Part shown: piece by piece, positions 38,801-52,579 of the stretch
How the letters are laid out: each line of letters starts with the position of its first letter
Numbering within the stretch: the stretch's first letter is position 1
Assembly: GCF_963921235.1 (NCBI RefSeq)
Contig: NC_086097.1
Coordinates: forward strand, 255,938,001-256,002,000
DNA: 64,000 bases
DNA from: Mobula hypostoma
Taxonomy: Eukaryota
Reading direction: 5' to 3'
Translations under genes and position numbers: made by a program
Notes under the pieces: generated by a model
The model's database searches: none
Seen by the model: the letters and a program-made list of their open reading frames with translations, nothing else
Told to the model about the DNA's origin: nothing

Positions 38801-39400
38801 GGGGGGATCTGATTGAAACGTATAAGATCCTAAAGGGATTGGACAGGCTAGATGCGGGAAGATTGTTCCCGATGTTGGGGAGGTCCAGAACGAGGGGTCA
38901 CAGTTTGAGGATAGAGGGGAAGCCTTTTAGGACCGAGATTAGGAAAAACTTCTTCACACAGAGAGTGGTGAATCTGTGGAATTCTCTGCCACAGCAAACT
39001 GTTGAGGCCAGTTCATTGGCTATGTTTAAGAGGGAGTTAGATATGGCCCTTGTGGCTACAGGGGTCAGGGGGTATGGAGGGAAGGCTGGGTTCTGAGTCG
39101 GATGATCAGCCATGATCATAATAAATGGCGGTGCAGGCTCAAAGGGCCGAATGGCCTACTCCTGCACCTATTTTCTATGTTTCTATGTTGTCAAAAGCCT
39201 TTTGAAAATCCAAATATACCACATCCACTGGTTCTCCCCTATCCACTCTACTCGTTACATCCTCAAAAAAATTCTATGAGATTTGTCAGACATGATTTTC
39301 CTTTCACAAATCCATGCTGACTTTGTCCAATGATTTCACCGCTTTCCAAATGTGCTGTTATCACATCTTTGATAACTGACTCTAGCATTTTCCCCACTTT
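35801..39400 (-). mobile_element. CR1-D-like LINE split by a sense copy of the same family (pieces 35801-36970 and 39188-39400)
   Basis: ORFs 35899-36630 and 36646-36951; continuity gtgtgggacc|ttgtcaaaagcc. Confidence 0.92.
36971..39187 (+). mobile_element. Very young CR1-D LINE, 5' truncated, intact RT
   Basis: ORF 37423-39096 is colinear with 29707-31380 at a constant offset of 7716; same TAG at 37207-37209. Confidence 0.97.
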
Positions 39401-42130
39401 CCCAATGTTGTATTTCATTGGCCATTTTCTTTCCCATTCTTCTAATCTGTCTAAGTCTTTCTGCAGCCTACCTGTTTCCTGAACACTCCCTGCCCCTCCA
39501 CTAATCTTCATATCAGCTGCAAACTTGGCAACAAAGCCATCTAGTCCATCATCTAAATCATTGCTATACAGCATAAAAAGAAGCGGTCCCAACACTGACC
39601 CCTGTGGAACACCACTGGTCACTGGCAGCCAACCAGAGAAGGAACCTTTTATTCCCACTCGCTGCCTTGTACCAGTCAGTCGTTGCTCTAACCATGCCGA
39701 CAACTTTCCTGTAATACCATTGGCTCTTAACTAGGTAAGCAGCCTCATTTGTGGCTTTATCAAAGGTCTTCTGAAAGTCCAAATATACAACATTAACAAT
39801 TGACTCCACCGTCATCCCAGCCACTGAGGTCAGGCTAACTGGCTTATAATTTCCTTTCAGCTGCCTTCCACCTTTCTTAAAGAGTGGAGTGACACTTACA
39901 ATTTTCCAGTCCTCTGGCACCGTACCAAAGTCAATAGAGAATAGACAATAGGTGCAGGAGTAGGCCATTTGGCCCTTCGAGCCAGCGCCGTCATTCACTG
40001 TGATCATGGCTGATCATCCACTATCAGTATCCAGTTCCTGCCTTATCCCCAAAACCTTTGATTCCACTATCTTTAAGAGCTCTATCCATGTCTTTTTTTA
40101 AAAGCATCCAGAGAATTGGCCTCCACAGCCTTCTGGGTCAGAGCATTCCATATATCCACCACTCTCTGAGTGAAAAAGTTTTTCCTCAACTCCGTTCTGA
40201 ATGGCCTACCCCTAATTCTTAAGCTGTGGCCTCTGGTTCTGGACTCACCCATCTGCGGAAACATGCTTCCTGCCTGCAGCGTGTCCAATCCCTTAATAAT
40301 CTTATATGTTTCAATAAGAATCCCTCTTAGCCTTCTAAATTCCAGAGTATGCAAGCCCAGTCGCTCCAATCTTTCGACATATGACGGTCCCGCCATCCCT
40401 GGAATTAACCTTGTGAACCTGCGCTGCGCTCCCTTCAATAGCAAGAATGTCCTTCCTCAAATTTGGAGACCAAAACTGCACACAGTACTCCAGATATGGT
40501 CTCACCAGGGCCCTGTACAGCTGCAGAAGGACCTCTTTGCTCTTATACTCAATTCCCCTTGTTATGAAGGCCAGCATGCCTTTAGCTTTTTTCACTGCCT
40601 GCTGTACTTGCATGCTTGCTTTCAGTGACTGATGTACAAGAACACCTAGATCTCGTTGTGCTTCCCCTTTTCCTAACTTGACTCCATTTAGATAATCTGC
40701 CTTCCCGTTCTTACCACCAAAGTGGATAACCTCACATTTATCCACATTAAACTGCATCTGCCCACTCACCCAGCCTGTCCAAGTCACCCTGCATTCTCAT
40801 AACATCCTCCTCGCATTTCACACTGCCACCCAACTTTGTGTCATCGGCAAACTTGCTAATGTTACTTTTAATTCCCTCATCTAAATCATTAATATATATT
40901 GTAAACAGTTGTGGTCCCAGCACTGAACCCTGCGGTACCCCACTGGTCACCGCCTGCCATTCCGAAAGGGACCCGTTAATCGCTACTCTGTTTTCTGTCA
41001 GCCAGCCAATTTTCAATCCATGTCAGTACTCTGCCCCCAATACCATGTGCCCTAATTTTGCCCACTAATCTCCTTATGTGGAACTTTATCAAAGGCTTTC
41101 TGAAAGTCCAGGTACACTACATCCACTGGCTCTCTGTCCATTTTCATAGTTCCAGAAGATTAGTCAAGCACGATTTCCCCTTCGTAAATCCAATGATTTT
41201 TGAAAGATCATTGCTAATGTCTCCACAGTCTCTGACACTACTTCTTTCAGAACCCTAGGGTGCATGTCATCTGGCCTTTGGGTCTTTCAGTTCTTTGAGC
41301 CCCTTCTCACTTGTAATAGTGACTGCCTCTACTTCTCTTCCTTCACACACTACAACATCTGGCTCACTGCTAGTGAAGACATCATTACCTTGTACCCTGC
41401 TATTATTTCTTCAGCCTCATTTTCTAGCGGTCCTATGTCCATTCTAATTTCTCTTTTATTTTATACAGACTTGAAAAAGCTTTTACTATTCACTTTGATA
41501 TTATTTGCTAGCTTGCTATCATATTTCATCTTTTCCCTTCTGATGATTCTTTTAGTTGCTCTCCGTAGGTTTGTAAAAGCTTTCCAATCCTTTATCTTTC
41601 CGCTAATTTTTGGTTTGTTTTATGCCCTCTCTTGTTTTTACATTATCTTTGACTTCCCTTGTCACCCACGGTTGTATTATTAACATAGCATCCGGGTGTC
41701 TATCACGGCCACAGAACCTCACCCCTGTTCCTCTGATAAAGAAATTTCCTATCAACACTGCGGTCCTCTTCATCCATCTGCTTTTCTGAGGCACAGCACC
41801 ATCACTGTGGCTACACCCCCCCCCCCCACCCTGGTAGATCGTCCCCATCAACAGTATCTGAAGTGGTATAGTCACTGAGGTAAATGGCTGCAGTTAGCAG
41901 TCTCCTGTAGGCGCAGGGTGACTACCCCCTGTAGCTATCTGTCACCTCATTCTCCCATATGAGCTGAAGGTCCTCAAGCTGTAGCTCCAGTTCTTTAATA
42001 CGGCTCTCAGGAGCTGTAGCTCGGTGCACCTGGTGCAGATGTGTTCATCCAGGAGACTGGAGGACTCCCAGAATTTCTTTGAAAGTAGAAGACACTGCCC
42101 TGACACCATTCTCACTACACTACTATTGCC
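39400..42130 (-). mobile_element. Stack of minus-strand CR1 fragments (younger copy at about 39935-41190; older RT and ORF1 remnants)
   Basis: ORFs 39263-39703, 40082-40444, 40335-40787 and 40747-41016; ORF1 zinc-finger remnant HICTRCTELQLL at about 42000. Confidence 0.82.
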
Positions 42131-45100
42131 TAACAGATGAGGAATGAACAAATAAAAACAAAAGCTCCTCTGAACTCTGGCACATTTAAAATAATGACTG
42201 CTCCCCTTGCACTTGCATTATTTTTATTTGTGTTCAGTGAATGGTTGCAATGCAACTCCGAGAAACTGCTGTGAAGCTCAGCCTTTTAAATTTTGATTGT
42301 GGACCTGACTGAAAAGGTAGCTGTATTTACATCCTGCTGCCTGTCGATTGGTTGCAGTGCAACTCATGATTGAAATTTTTGGGATGTTTCTAAGTGATTG
42401 TAGAACTTGCACAATAGAGGGAAGGGCCCGGGATAGCATTGTGGAGCCGAGACCTCAGGGTACAAGTATATAGTTTACTGGAAGTGGTCACTCAGGTACA
42501 GAGGGTGGTGAAAGTGGCTTTTAGTCCTTTTTGCCATCATTGGTGTGGACACTGATTTGAGTTGTCATGTCGCGGCTGTACAAGATGTTGGTAAATCAAC
42601 TCCAAATCTGTGTCTTTTTCAGGCAGTTTAGGTAGTATCCCATAGATTAATACTTTTCGTTTCTGCTTGTTAATGAAGAATTTAGGCTATTGTGCACTCT
42701 CAACAGCACCTGACTATTAGATCCTCTCATTTAATCCCAAGTTCCTCTGCTACCCAATATTATCTTTAACCCTGATACAATCAGTAGGCAAGTAACACTA
42801 CCTTTGAGAATCATGGATACAGTACTAATTTCCTTGCACTTCTATATTCCTTGACATAATGAACATTGGTTAGTTTCTAGTGCTTTCCAGGTGAAAATGA
42901 TGAATAAACTCTTCTCTGGCTTCAAGCCAGGTGCAGGTATTATTACCACTGACGTTTTGATGACAAACTCTGCCGTCATCTTCAGGGATGATGCCTGGGG
43001 ATATCTAGTCCGGAGGTACCCATGTATTCCATCCCTCCTGATTGGTTAGTCCTCATCCAATCAGGTTTCCACTCTCCCACCTTGTTTACAGTCTAATTGC
43101 AGTTCTTAGAGCAAGACCTTCATCTTTGTTAAAATTCTTTTCCTGTTGTTTTATTTCAATAGCTTCCCTTACCAGGCGATCCCGAAAGCCATTGGCGCGG
43201 CACAGTAGTTTTGTGCTGTTAAAGTCAATCCTATGGCCATTGCAAATGCAATGTTCAGCTACTGCCAGTTTCTCCAGGTATCACAAATGGATACACCACC
43301 TGTGCTTCTTGATGTGCATTTCCATCTTGTACCCCATCTGGCCAATACATGCTGCTCTGAATTCACAGAGAATCCTGTCAATGCCAGCTGACCAGAGTCC
43401 CAGGTCATCTTTGACCTGGATAAACTGTGACTTGAGCTTCTTTACAGGTTTGTGAATGGTATTGACCTGGTATTTCTTTCTTTTCAAATCTTTTTATTAT
43501 TATTATCCAAAATTAACAAGAGTACATCGAAGTAGGCGACACTTACAATGTCTCATGAAAAAAAACATCGTTTCAAAGATTGAAAAATTTTGGTGACAAA
43601 AAAAAATCCTACTAAGCAAGAAAAAGTGAGGAGGAAAAAACCCCATTAGGTGTTCAACCCCGGAGCCATACGTCATACAAAAGCTTCTGAAGATAAACAT
43701 CAAACCGCCAGCAAGGAAAAAAAAAACCAAAAATTTACAATTAGATTGTGCAGGAAATCTATCAATCAACTCAAATGATAGTAATGAGCAAATGAACCCC
43801 ATCTTTTCTCAAAATCAAACATAGGTTCAAAAGTTCGACTTCTAATTTTCTCCAAACTACAACATAGCATCACTTGAGAGAACCAATGTGACAAAATAGG
43901 AGCCGATGTATCCTTCCACTTCAACAAAATGGCCCTCCTAGCTATCAATGTAACAAATGCAATGACATGTTGGTCAAACAAAGAGATACCGTGGATATTT
44001 TGAGGAATTATTCCAAAAAGCACAGTTAATTTGTTAGGTTGTAAATTAATTTTAAGTCCTTTAGAAATTGTAGAAAAAACTGACTTCCAGAACTGTTCCA
44101 GTATAGAACAGGACCAAAACGTGTGTCAGTGTAGCTGTCTCAGTTTTACATCTATCACAATAACTATCAACATTAGAAAACATTTTAGACAGTCTCTCCT
44201 TCGTCAAATAGTAACGATGTACAATTTTAAATTGAATCAGTGAATGACTAGCATAGATCAAAGAAGAGTTAACCAACTTCAGAATCCGCATCCAGTCCTC
44301 CGTCGTAAAAGTCAAGTTAAGTTCCTTTTCCCAATCTTGTTTAATCTTAAATAAAGGACACTTATCCCATTGTAATAGTAAATTATAAATTCTTCCAATG
44401 GAACCCTTCATCAAAGGGTTCATACTCGTAATAGTATCTAACAGGTCAGCATCCAATATTGTAAGGAAAATTACTTAAATATTTTTGTAAGAAGTGTCTA
44501 TCTTGAAGGTATTGTAAAAAGTGTGAGTATGAAAGAGAATATTTATCAACTAATTGTTCAAAAGACATCAGTCTATCTTCTTTAAATAAATCCAAAAAAG
44601 AAATAGTACCTTTATTTTCCCAAAGTAAAAAAATTGGATCACTCAAAGAAGGCTTAAAAAAAGTAATTTCGATAAATTAAACTACGAAGTTTAAATTTTT
44701 TTAAGATTTAAAAACATTACGGAACTGGAGCCAAGTTTGTAAAGAATGCTTAATCACAGGGTATACATTTAAATTAGCAACTTTAGCTAATTGTATAGGT
44801 AAGGCAGCTCCCAATAACAGGGTTAAAACAGGTTTACCCAAATTGGCCGATCGTTCTTACCAACCCAGTGTAACCAAAAGGACATGTATCGCATATTAAC
44901 AGCCCAGTAATACATTCTTAAATTAGGCAAAGCGAGACCTCCATCCTTTTTCAACTTTTGTAAATGACAATTACTAATTCTTGGTCTTTTATTATTCCAA
45001 ATAAAAGATAAAATAATAGAATCAATCCGATCAAAAAACTTCTTAGTCAGAAAAACAGGGATATTCTGAAATAAATAGAAAAATTTTGGTAAAGTCATCA

Positions 45101-47504
45101 TTTTGACTATATGGATGTGACGAACAAGTGAAATGTAAGTGGTTTCCATCTACTAAATAAATACTTCATAGAATCCACCAAGGGAACAAAATTAGCTTTA
45201 TAAAGATCCTTATATTTTTTAGTGATTGTAACACCTAAATATCTAAAGGAATCCGTGACTTTGAAAGGAGTATTATCATATATAGAAACAGATTCATTTA
45301 AAGGAAACAGTTCACTTTTACTAAAATTTATTTTATATCCTGAAAAATCTCCAAATTCATTAAATAATTTTAGCAAGGCAGGAATAGATTCCTCGGGATT
45401 GGATATATAAACCAGTAAAATCATCAGCATAAAGAGAAATCTTATGGATGGTCTCATTCACAAAAACCTCATAAATATCTTTAGCTTCACAAAGAGCAAT
45501 AGCAAGGGGTTCTAGTATTAAATTAAATAAAGGACTTAATGGTTAACCTTGTCTTGTCCCCCATGAAAGCTGAAAAAAAGGGATCTACAGTTATTAGTAA
45601 TAACAGTAGGAATAGGGGTTTTATATATCATTCTAATCCAATTATTAAAATTAGCACCAAAGCCAAATTTCTCTAAAACATTAAATAAATATTTCCATTC
45701 GACTCGATCGAACGCTTTTTCAGCATCCAAAGAGACGATGCATTGTGGAGTTTTAAAAGAGGACGAATATATGATGTTTAATAATCTCCGAACATTTGAA
45801 AAAGAATAATGACCCTTTATAGGGCCTGTTTGATCTTTAAAAATAATTTTACCCAAAATATTCTCCAACCGATTGGCCATTATCTTTGACAGAATCTTAG
45901 CATCAATATTCAATAATGAAGTAGGTCTATACGAGGCACAATCAGTAGGATTTTTATCCTTTTTAAGAATTAAATAGAAGCCTCATAAAAAATAGAGGGT
46001 AAATCACCTTTCACAAAAGAATCCTTAAACATTTCCAACATATACAGAGAAAGCAATTTTCCAAACTTTTTATAAAATTCTACAGGATATCCATCAAGTC
46101 CAGGGGCCTTACCAGATTGCATTGAAAAAATAGCTTTATGAATTTCTGCTCCAGTAACTTGGGCATCAAGAGTTTTTTTTGCTCCTCAACAGAAATTTGA
46201 GGAAAAACAATCTTTCGTAAAAAAAAATATTCATTTTAGAAGAATCTACTGGACATTGAGATTTATAAAGTTCAGTATAAAAATCTTGAAAAATCTTATT
46301 AATTTCTTCATATTCCCAAGCCAGGGTACCATCGTTCCTACGGATTTTCAAAATTTGCCTTTTGGCTCTGGCTGTTTTTAATTGAGATGCAAGCAGTTTG
46401 TTATTTTTATCTCCAAGCATATAAAATTGGCTCTTTAGCTTAAGCAAGTAGCCTTTAATAGGATGAGTTAATAATAGATTATATTGTGATTGAAGTTCCA
46501 CCCTTTGTTTGAATAAATCAATATTAGGGGAGATTGCATAAATATTATCTAAGTCTTTAATTTGTTTTGAAATCGTATCTAATTCTACTTTAGTCTGTTT
46601 TTTAAGCTTAGCTGAATAAAAAATGATCTGACCACGTAAAAATGCTTTAAATGTTTCCCACATGATTAATTTAGACATACCCCCTATATCATTAAAAAGA
46701 AAAAAAATATTTTATCTGGGTTTCAATGAAGCTGACAAAGTCAGAGTTCTGCAATAATGTCTGAGACATGCGCCATGCTGGGCGGGCAAGAATGGCATCA
46801 TCAAATTCAAAAGACAAACTCAGGCGCATGATCAGATATAGCAATAGCGTCATATTCACAATTCTTAACACTAGACAAGAAGCAAGGATCGACTATAATA
46901 TAATCGATCCACGAATATTTTTTATAAACATGTGAAAAAAAGAATATTCTCTGTTATCGGGATGTAAATATCTCCATAATTCAATCAATCCAAAGTTGGT
47001 CAAAAAAGAGTTAATAAGTGACGCGGAGCGATTTGGAAGTCGCTGATTGGTTGAGCTTTTGTCAATCAAAGGATTTAAACAGCAGTTAAAATCCCCACCC
47101 ATTATTAACATATATTTATTTAAATCAGGCAGTAAAGCAAATACCTTTTTAAAAAAAAAGGATCATCTAAGTTAGGACCATACAAATTGACCAGAACAAC
47201 TTTTCTGTTACAGATTACTCCTTTAACAATTAAAAATCTACCATTAGAATCTGACTTAATATCCTCTTGAGTCAGAGGATTTAATAAAGATGGACACCCC
47301 CTTAGTTTTACTCTGAGAAGTGGAGTGAAATTGCAAACCCCTCCACCATCCAAAAAATCTATTTTGGTCTCCTGCCCTGATATGTGTCTCTTGGGCAAAA
47401 ATTATATCAGGTTGGAATCGGTTAATAACTTTAGAAGTCTTTTTTCGTTTGATAGGATGATTCCAACCACATACATTCCAACTTATTACATTAATCCATT
47501 TAAA

Positions 47505-47816
47505 GGAATAGATAGAGTGGACAGCCAGCGCCTCTCTCCAGGGCACCACCTCAATACAAGAGGGCATGGCTTTAAGGTAAGGGTAGGAAGTTCAAGGGGG
47601 ATATTAGAGGAAGATTTTTTACTTAGAGGGTTGTTGGTGTGTGGAATGCACTGCCTGAGTCAGTGGTGGAGGCAGATATACTAGTGAAATTTAAGAGACT
47701 GCTAGACAGGTATATCGAGGAATTTAAGGTGGGGGCTTATATGGGAGGCAGGGTTTGAGGGTCGGCACAACATTGTGGGCCGAAGGGCCTGTATTGTGCT
47801 GTACTATTCAATGTTC
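47505..47816 (+). mobile_element. CR1-B 3' fragment inserted at the start of L1 ORF2
   Basis: GIDRVDSQRL...; TSD taaa at 47501-47504 and 47817-47820. Confidence 0.9.
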
Positions 47817-49428
47817 TAAATACCATACTATAATTTTATTCTACTTTACACATGCGCAGAGCACATACCAATATAGGATGATCAAAAATAGCGGCGATGA
47901 AGAATACAACCACATAGAAAACACACATGCTCCGGAACCATCCAATGGGGAAAAAAAACCCTAAGTCTAACCCCACCGCCCCTCCCCCCCATAGCCTGAA
48001 AAAAAAGCAGGCACCCTGTGATAGAATACGAAGCCAGGGACTGCTCTGTCTGTACAAAAAAAATTTAAAAAGATTCTCTCTCCCTCCCCCTCGTTATTAA
48101 AAAAAACCGAAACCCACTGACCTTGTAACAGGAGCAACAAAATCTTAGCAAAGGAAATTGTTTACATTCCAGCATCTGCAAACTATACCATGTTTATATT
48201 TAATCATTTTTAAACAAAAAGAACCGAAATAATGTTATCTCTTAAAAAGAAAAAAAACAAGCGCCATTTAAACTTTAACAAAATCCCTAAAAAAAAGCTT
48301 TAAATTCGGTTATAAGACACTATAATAAAGCAAAAAAAAAGTTAATAGCATATTTAACCCAACTAAATTTTCAAAAATACCAACTAGTAATATTGTATAA
48401 TTGAACCCTCCCTTAAATATATATATAAAAAAGCCCCATTAGTAGGAAAAACAATTAATTAAGAAAGAAACAAAAAAATCATCAAACCAGATACAAGATT
48501 AAAGGAACAAGTCCCTTTACCTTCTTTTTCTCAGTCGAATGTCCGAATAACCATTTAAACAGTCATACTTGAACCATAGATCTTCTTTCCAACAAAACCA
48601 ATGATATGCAATAACGAACAAATCCCCTTATCTTCTTTTAATAGTCTCTCAATGAAATGTCCAAGTAACCTTCATAAATCTTCTTTCCGAAATGCCAATA
48701 ATATACAGATAGCCAAACAACCTTTCAGACAGTTCATTCAGCAGCTGCAGCAGGTATAGTTTGAGCGAATGTCAGTGCAACTTTAGGATCAAAAAATATA
48801 CGAGGAGGAGAATTAGGAAAAACTTTAATTCTTGTTGGGTAACACAAGGAAGGGAACAGTTTCTTATCATATGCCTGTTTCATTACCAGAGCAAATTTTG
48901 ATCTTTGTTCCATTACCTCCTTTGGATAATCCTCATAAAAATGGAGCTCAGATTCCTTAAATCATAAAATTGTTTTCTTACCTGTCGCATTAATTGATCT
49001 TTAATTTTAAAGTGATGAAAACAAACCAAAACAGACCTTAGTTTATATGGATCTTTAGATTTCGAAGTAAAAGCTCTGTGTGCTCTTTCTATAGTAGGCG
49101 ATTGTGATAATATGGTAGGAAATAAGGTATGAGAACGCTTACCAAAGTAAGCAGTTAAATCTCCATCTTCGGCTCCTTGCAGCCCAACAATTCGTATATT
49201 CCTTCGGCAAGACCTAGTTTCCAGGTCTATAATCTTATTTTGATATCTTTCCAAACAAGTTGTAGTTTCAAACAATTTTTGCTTAGTTATCTTAAATTCC
49301 TCTTCGCGTGTGTAATAACTTGAGTTTCCAGGTCTTTAAGTTTTCCCAGAAATGACTTCATTTCATTACTATTCTTTTCCAGTTGGTCTTTAATTGACCC
49401 ATTTTGATATTTAATTGAATTCAGTGTC

Positions 49429-51454
49429 ATAGAAACATAGAAAATAGGTGCAGGAGTAGGCCATTCTGCTCTTCGAGCCTGCACCGCCATTCAGTACAAT
49501 CATGGCTGATCATCCAACTCAGAACCCTGCACCTGCCTTCTCTCCATACCCCCTGATCCCTTTAGCCACAAGGGCCATATCTAACTCCCTCTTAAATATA
49601 GCCAATGAACTGGCCTCAATTGTTTTCCTGTGGCAGAGAATTCCACAGATTCACCACTCTCTGTGTGAAGAAGTTTTTCCTCATCTCGGTCCTAAAAGGC
49701 TTCCCCTTTATCCTCAAACTGTGACCCCTCGTTCTGGACTTCCCCAACATCGGGAACAATCTTCCTACATCTAGCCTGTCCAATCCCTTTAGAATTTTAT
49801 ACGTTTCAATCAGATCCCCCCTCAATCTTCTAAAGTCCAGAGAGTATAAGCCTAGTTGATCCAGTCTTTCATCATATGAAAGACCTGCCATCCCAGGAAT
49901 CAAACTGGTGAACTTTCTTTGTACTCCCTCTATGGCAAGAATGTCTTTCCTCAGATTAGGGGACCAAAACTGCACACCATACTCCAGGTGTGGTCTCACC
50001 AAGGCCTTGTACAACTGCAGTAGTACCTCCCTGCTCCTGTACTCGAATCCTCTTGCTATGAATGCCAGCATACCATTCGCCTTTTTCATCGCCTGGTGTA
50101 CAATGACACCCAGGTCTCGTTGCACCTCCCCTTTTCCGAATCGGCCACCATAGAGATAATAATCTGTTTTCCTGTTTTTGCCACCAAAGTGGATAACCTC
50201 ACATTTATCCACAATAAATTGCATCTGCTATGAATTTCCCACTCACCTAACCTATCCAAGTCACCCTGCATCCTCTTAGCATCCTTCTCACAGCTAACAC
50301 CGCTGTCCAGCTTCGTGTCATCCACAAATCAATAAAGTCTGTCTATCTCTAAACTTGGAGATGCTGCATTTAATTCCCTCGTCTAAGTCATTAATATATA
50401 TTGTAAACAACTGGGGTCCCAACACTGAGCCTTGCAGTACCCCACTCGTCACTGTCTGCCATTCTGAAAAGGTCCTGTTTAGTCCCACTCTTTGCTTCCA
50501 GTCTGCAACCAATTCTCTATCCACATCAATACCATACCCCCAGTACCATATGCTTTAAGTTTGCACACTAATCTCCTGTGTGGGACCTTGCCAAAAGCCT
50601 TTTGAAAATTCAAATATACCACATCCACTGGTTCTCTCCCCTATCCATTCTACTAGTTACATCCTCAAAAAATTCTATGAGATTCGTCAGACATGATTTT
50701 CCTTTCACAAATCCATGCTGACTTCGTCAGATAATTTCACTGCTTTCCAAATGTGCTGTTATCACATCTTTGATAATTGACTCTAGCATTTTCTCCACCA
50801 CCGATGTCAGGCTAACCGGTCTATAATTCCCCGGTTTGTCTCTCTCTCCTTTTTTAAAAAGCGGGGTTACATTAGCCACCCTCCAATCCTCAGGAACTAA
50901 TCCAGGATCTAAAGAGTTTTGAAAAATTATCACTAATGCATCCACTATTTCTTGGGCTACTTCCTTAAGCACTCTGGGATGCAGACCATCTGGCCCTGGG
51001 GATTTATCTGCCTTCAATCCCTTCAATTTACCTAACACCAGTTCCCTACTAACATGTATTTCCCTCAGTTCCTCCATCTCACTGGACCCTCTGTCCCCTA
51101 CTATTTCTGGAAGATTATTTATGTCCTCCTTAGTGAAGACAGAACCAAAGTAGTTATTCAATAGGTCTGCCATGTCCTTGTTCCCCATGATCAATTCACC
51201 TGTTTCTGACTGTAAGGGACCTACAATTGTCTTAACCAATCTTTTTCTTTTCACATATCTATAAAAGCTTTTACAGTCAGTTTTTATGTTCCCTGCCAGC
51301 TTTCTCATAATCTTTTTTTCCTTTCTTAACTAAGCCCTTTGTCCTCCTCTGCTGGACTCTGAATTTCTCCCAGTCCTCAGGTGTGCTGCTTTTTCTGGCT
51401 AATTTGTATATTTCTTCTTTGGAATTGATACTATCCCTAATTTCCCTTGTCAGT
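49429..51454 (-). mobile_element. CR1-D-like LINE inserted in L1 ORF1
   Basis: ORFs 50727-51308 and 49616-50224; antisense tail atagaaacatagaaaatagg. Confidence 0.93.
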
Positions 51455-52199
51455 TCCCGTGTCCGAACCATATCTTCAGCACATGGTGGCATTTCGTCAG
51501 ATCTTCCTTTTGCATCTTTCCTTTCCCATTACCTTTATCACTAGGTTCAGACAAGTTCTTCCCACTTCTCGTAGACGTAGACATATTGTTCCCCTTCAAG
51601 AATCAGCAAATAAAAATTTTAAATTCTAAGTTTAAACTAAGGGGAAAGGAACAAAACTGGGAGCAGCACAAAAACTGCATTTACAGACAGGCGCAGTCTC
51701 CTGATCTGGTATTTCTTTAGGATCCTGGCAGTCCTAGAAACCATGAGGAAGACAGGTGGTAGCGACAGGTTCCTCCTCGTTGTTAGGTTTCCTGGTTTTC
51801 CTGTCAGCCCTCTTAAGGTCCTTCACCTTGTACCTATTCCGTAGGAATATTGTGCATAATCTTCCTATTTCCTCAGGGAGACTCTTCGGGCCCAAAAGTT
51901 TTTGCATGGATAATCAAAGTAAAAATTTGATTTACTGAAGAAATCCGGACTCCCAGAGACATGCAAGACACTTCTGCCTGAGATGCTGATACCAGCTAGA
52001 CTTTATGGGCTCCCTAAGATACACAAGGAAGGTACCCCCCCCCCCCAAAGCCTATTGTTAGTGGGATAGATTATCCAACTTGCTACCTGGCTAAGCATTG
52101 AATGGCGGAGCAGACTCGATGGGCTGAATGGCCTACTTTGTTCCTATATCTTATGGTCTTATGGGTATAGATATCAGTGGACTAGACATGGCCAGGCTT

Positions 52200-52244
52200 C
52201 ACCCCTGAAGAAGATGGCAGAGTTTGTCATCAAAACGTCAGTTA
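52200..52244 (+). ncRNA. Hammerhead-like motif of PLE family 2 (probably inactive); mirror copy on the minus strand at about 42947-42990
   Basis: CTGAAGA, then stem GATGGCA-gagtt-TGTCATC, then AAAACGTC. GAAA reads AAAA, consistent with CpG decay. Confidence 0.5.
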
Positions 52245-52579
52245 CCAATATCTGTATCTGGCTTGAAGCCAGAGAAGAGTTTATTGCTTAGTTTCCTCTG
52301 TGCTTCTTGCTGTTCGCTGCACAGTTTGCAGGAACCTCATCTATTTGCAAAATTTCCACCAATGCCATCTTTTAGATTGTGTAATTGAAAAAACAAGTAA
52401 GTTTTTCTTTTGATTTTCAGTTACCAGTATTAGTTTTGCTCTTTGCTGTCAGTGGTATTTCAGGCCAGACTGCTGAGCAAAAAAAAACCTACAATACTCT
52501 TCAGGTAATCATTAACTGATTGTTTTTTTTATGACATGACATTAATTTGTATTCTGTCACTCTTCCCATTGCAGCTGCT

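Larger units (their letters stand above)
43480..51701 (-). mobile_element. Full-length degenerate L1-clade LINE with 17-bp TSD
   Basis: ORF1 (ATG 51584; RRRNIRIVGL, IERAHR), long inter-ORF spacer, ORF2 (ATG 47826; ISWNV, QETH, GGDFN, SLDAEKAFDRVEW, LYADD), AATAAA and A-rich tail. TSD tga(c/t)ctggtatttcttt at 43463-43479 and 51702-51718. Confidence 0.92.
42887..52287. mobile_element. Penelope-like element family 2 with inverted pLTRs, interrupted by L1
   Basis: Minus pLTR and GIY-YIG remnant (42887-43479, resuming 51702-51935); plus-strand RT N-terminal remnant RLYGLPKIHKEGTP..PIVSG at about 51940-52100; plus pLTR at about 52165-52287 mirroring 42903-43015. Confidence 0.8.

Noticed and set aside
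21514..39096. Multiple RT ORFs as a retron, DGR or group II intron system
   Set aside because: All carry CR1 LINE signatures (APE endonuclease, KSPGPDG, QGSVLGP, FADD, CR1 3' tails) in a vertebrate intron.
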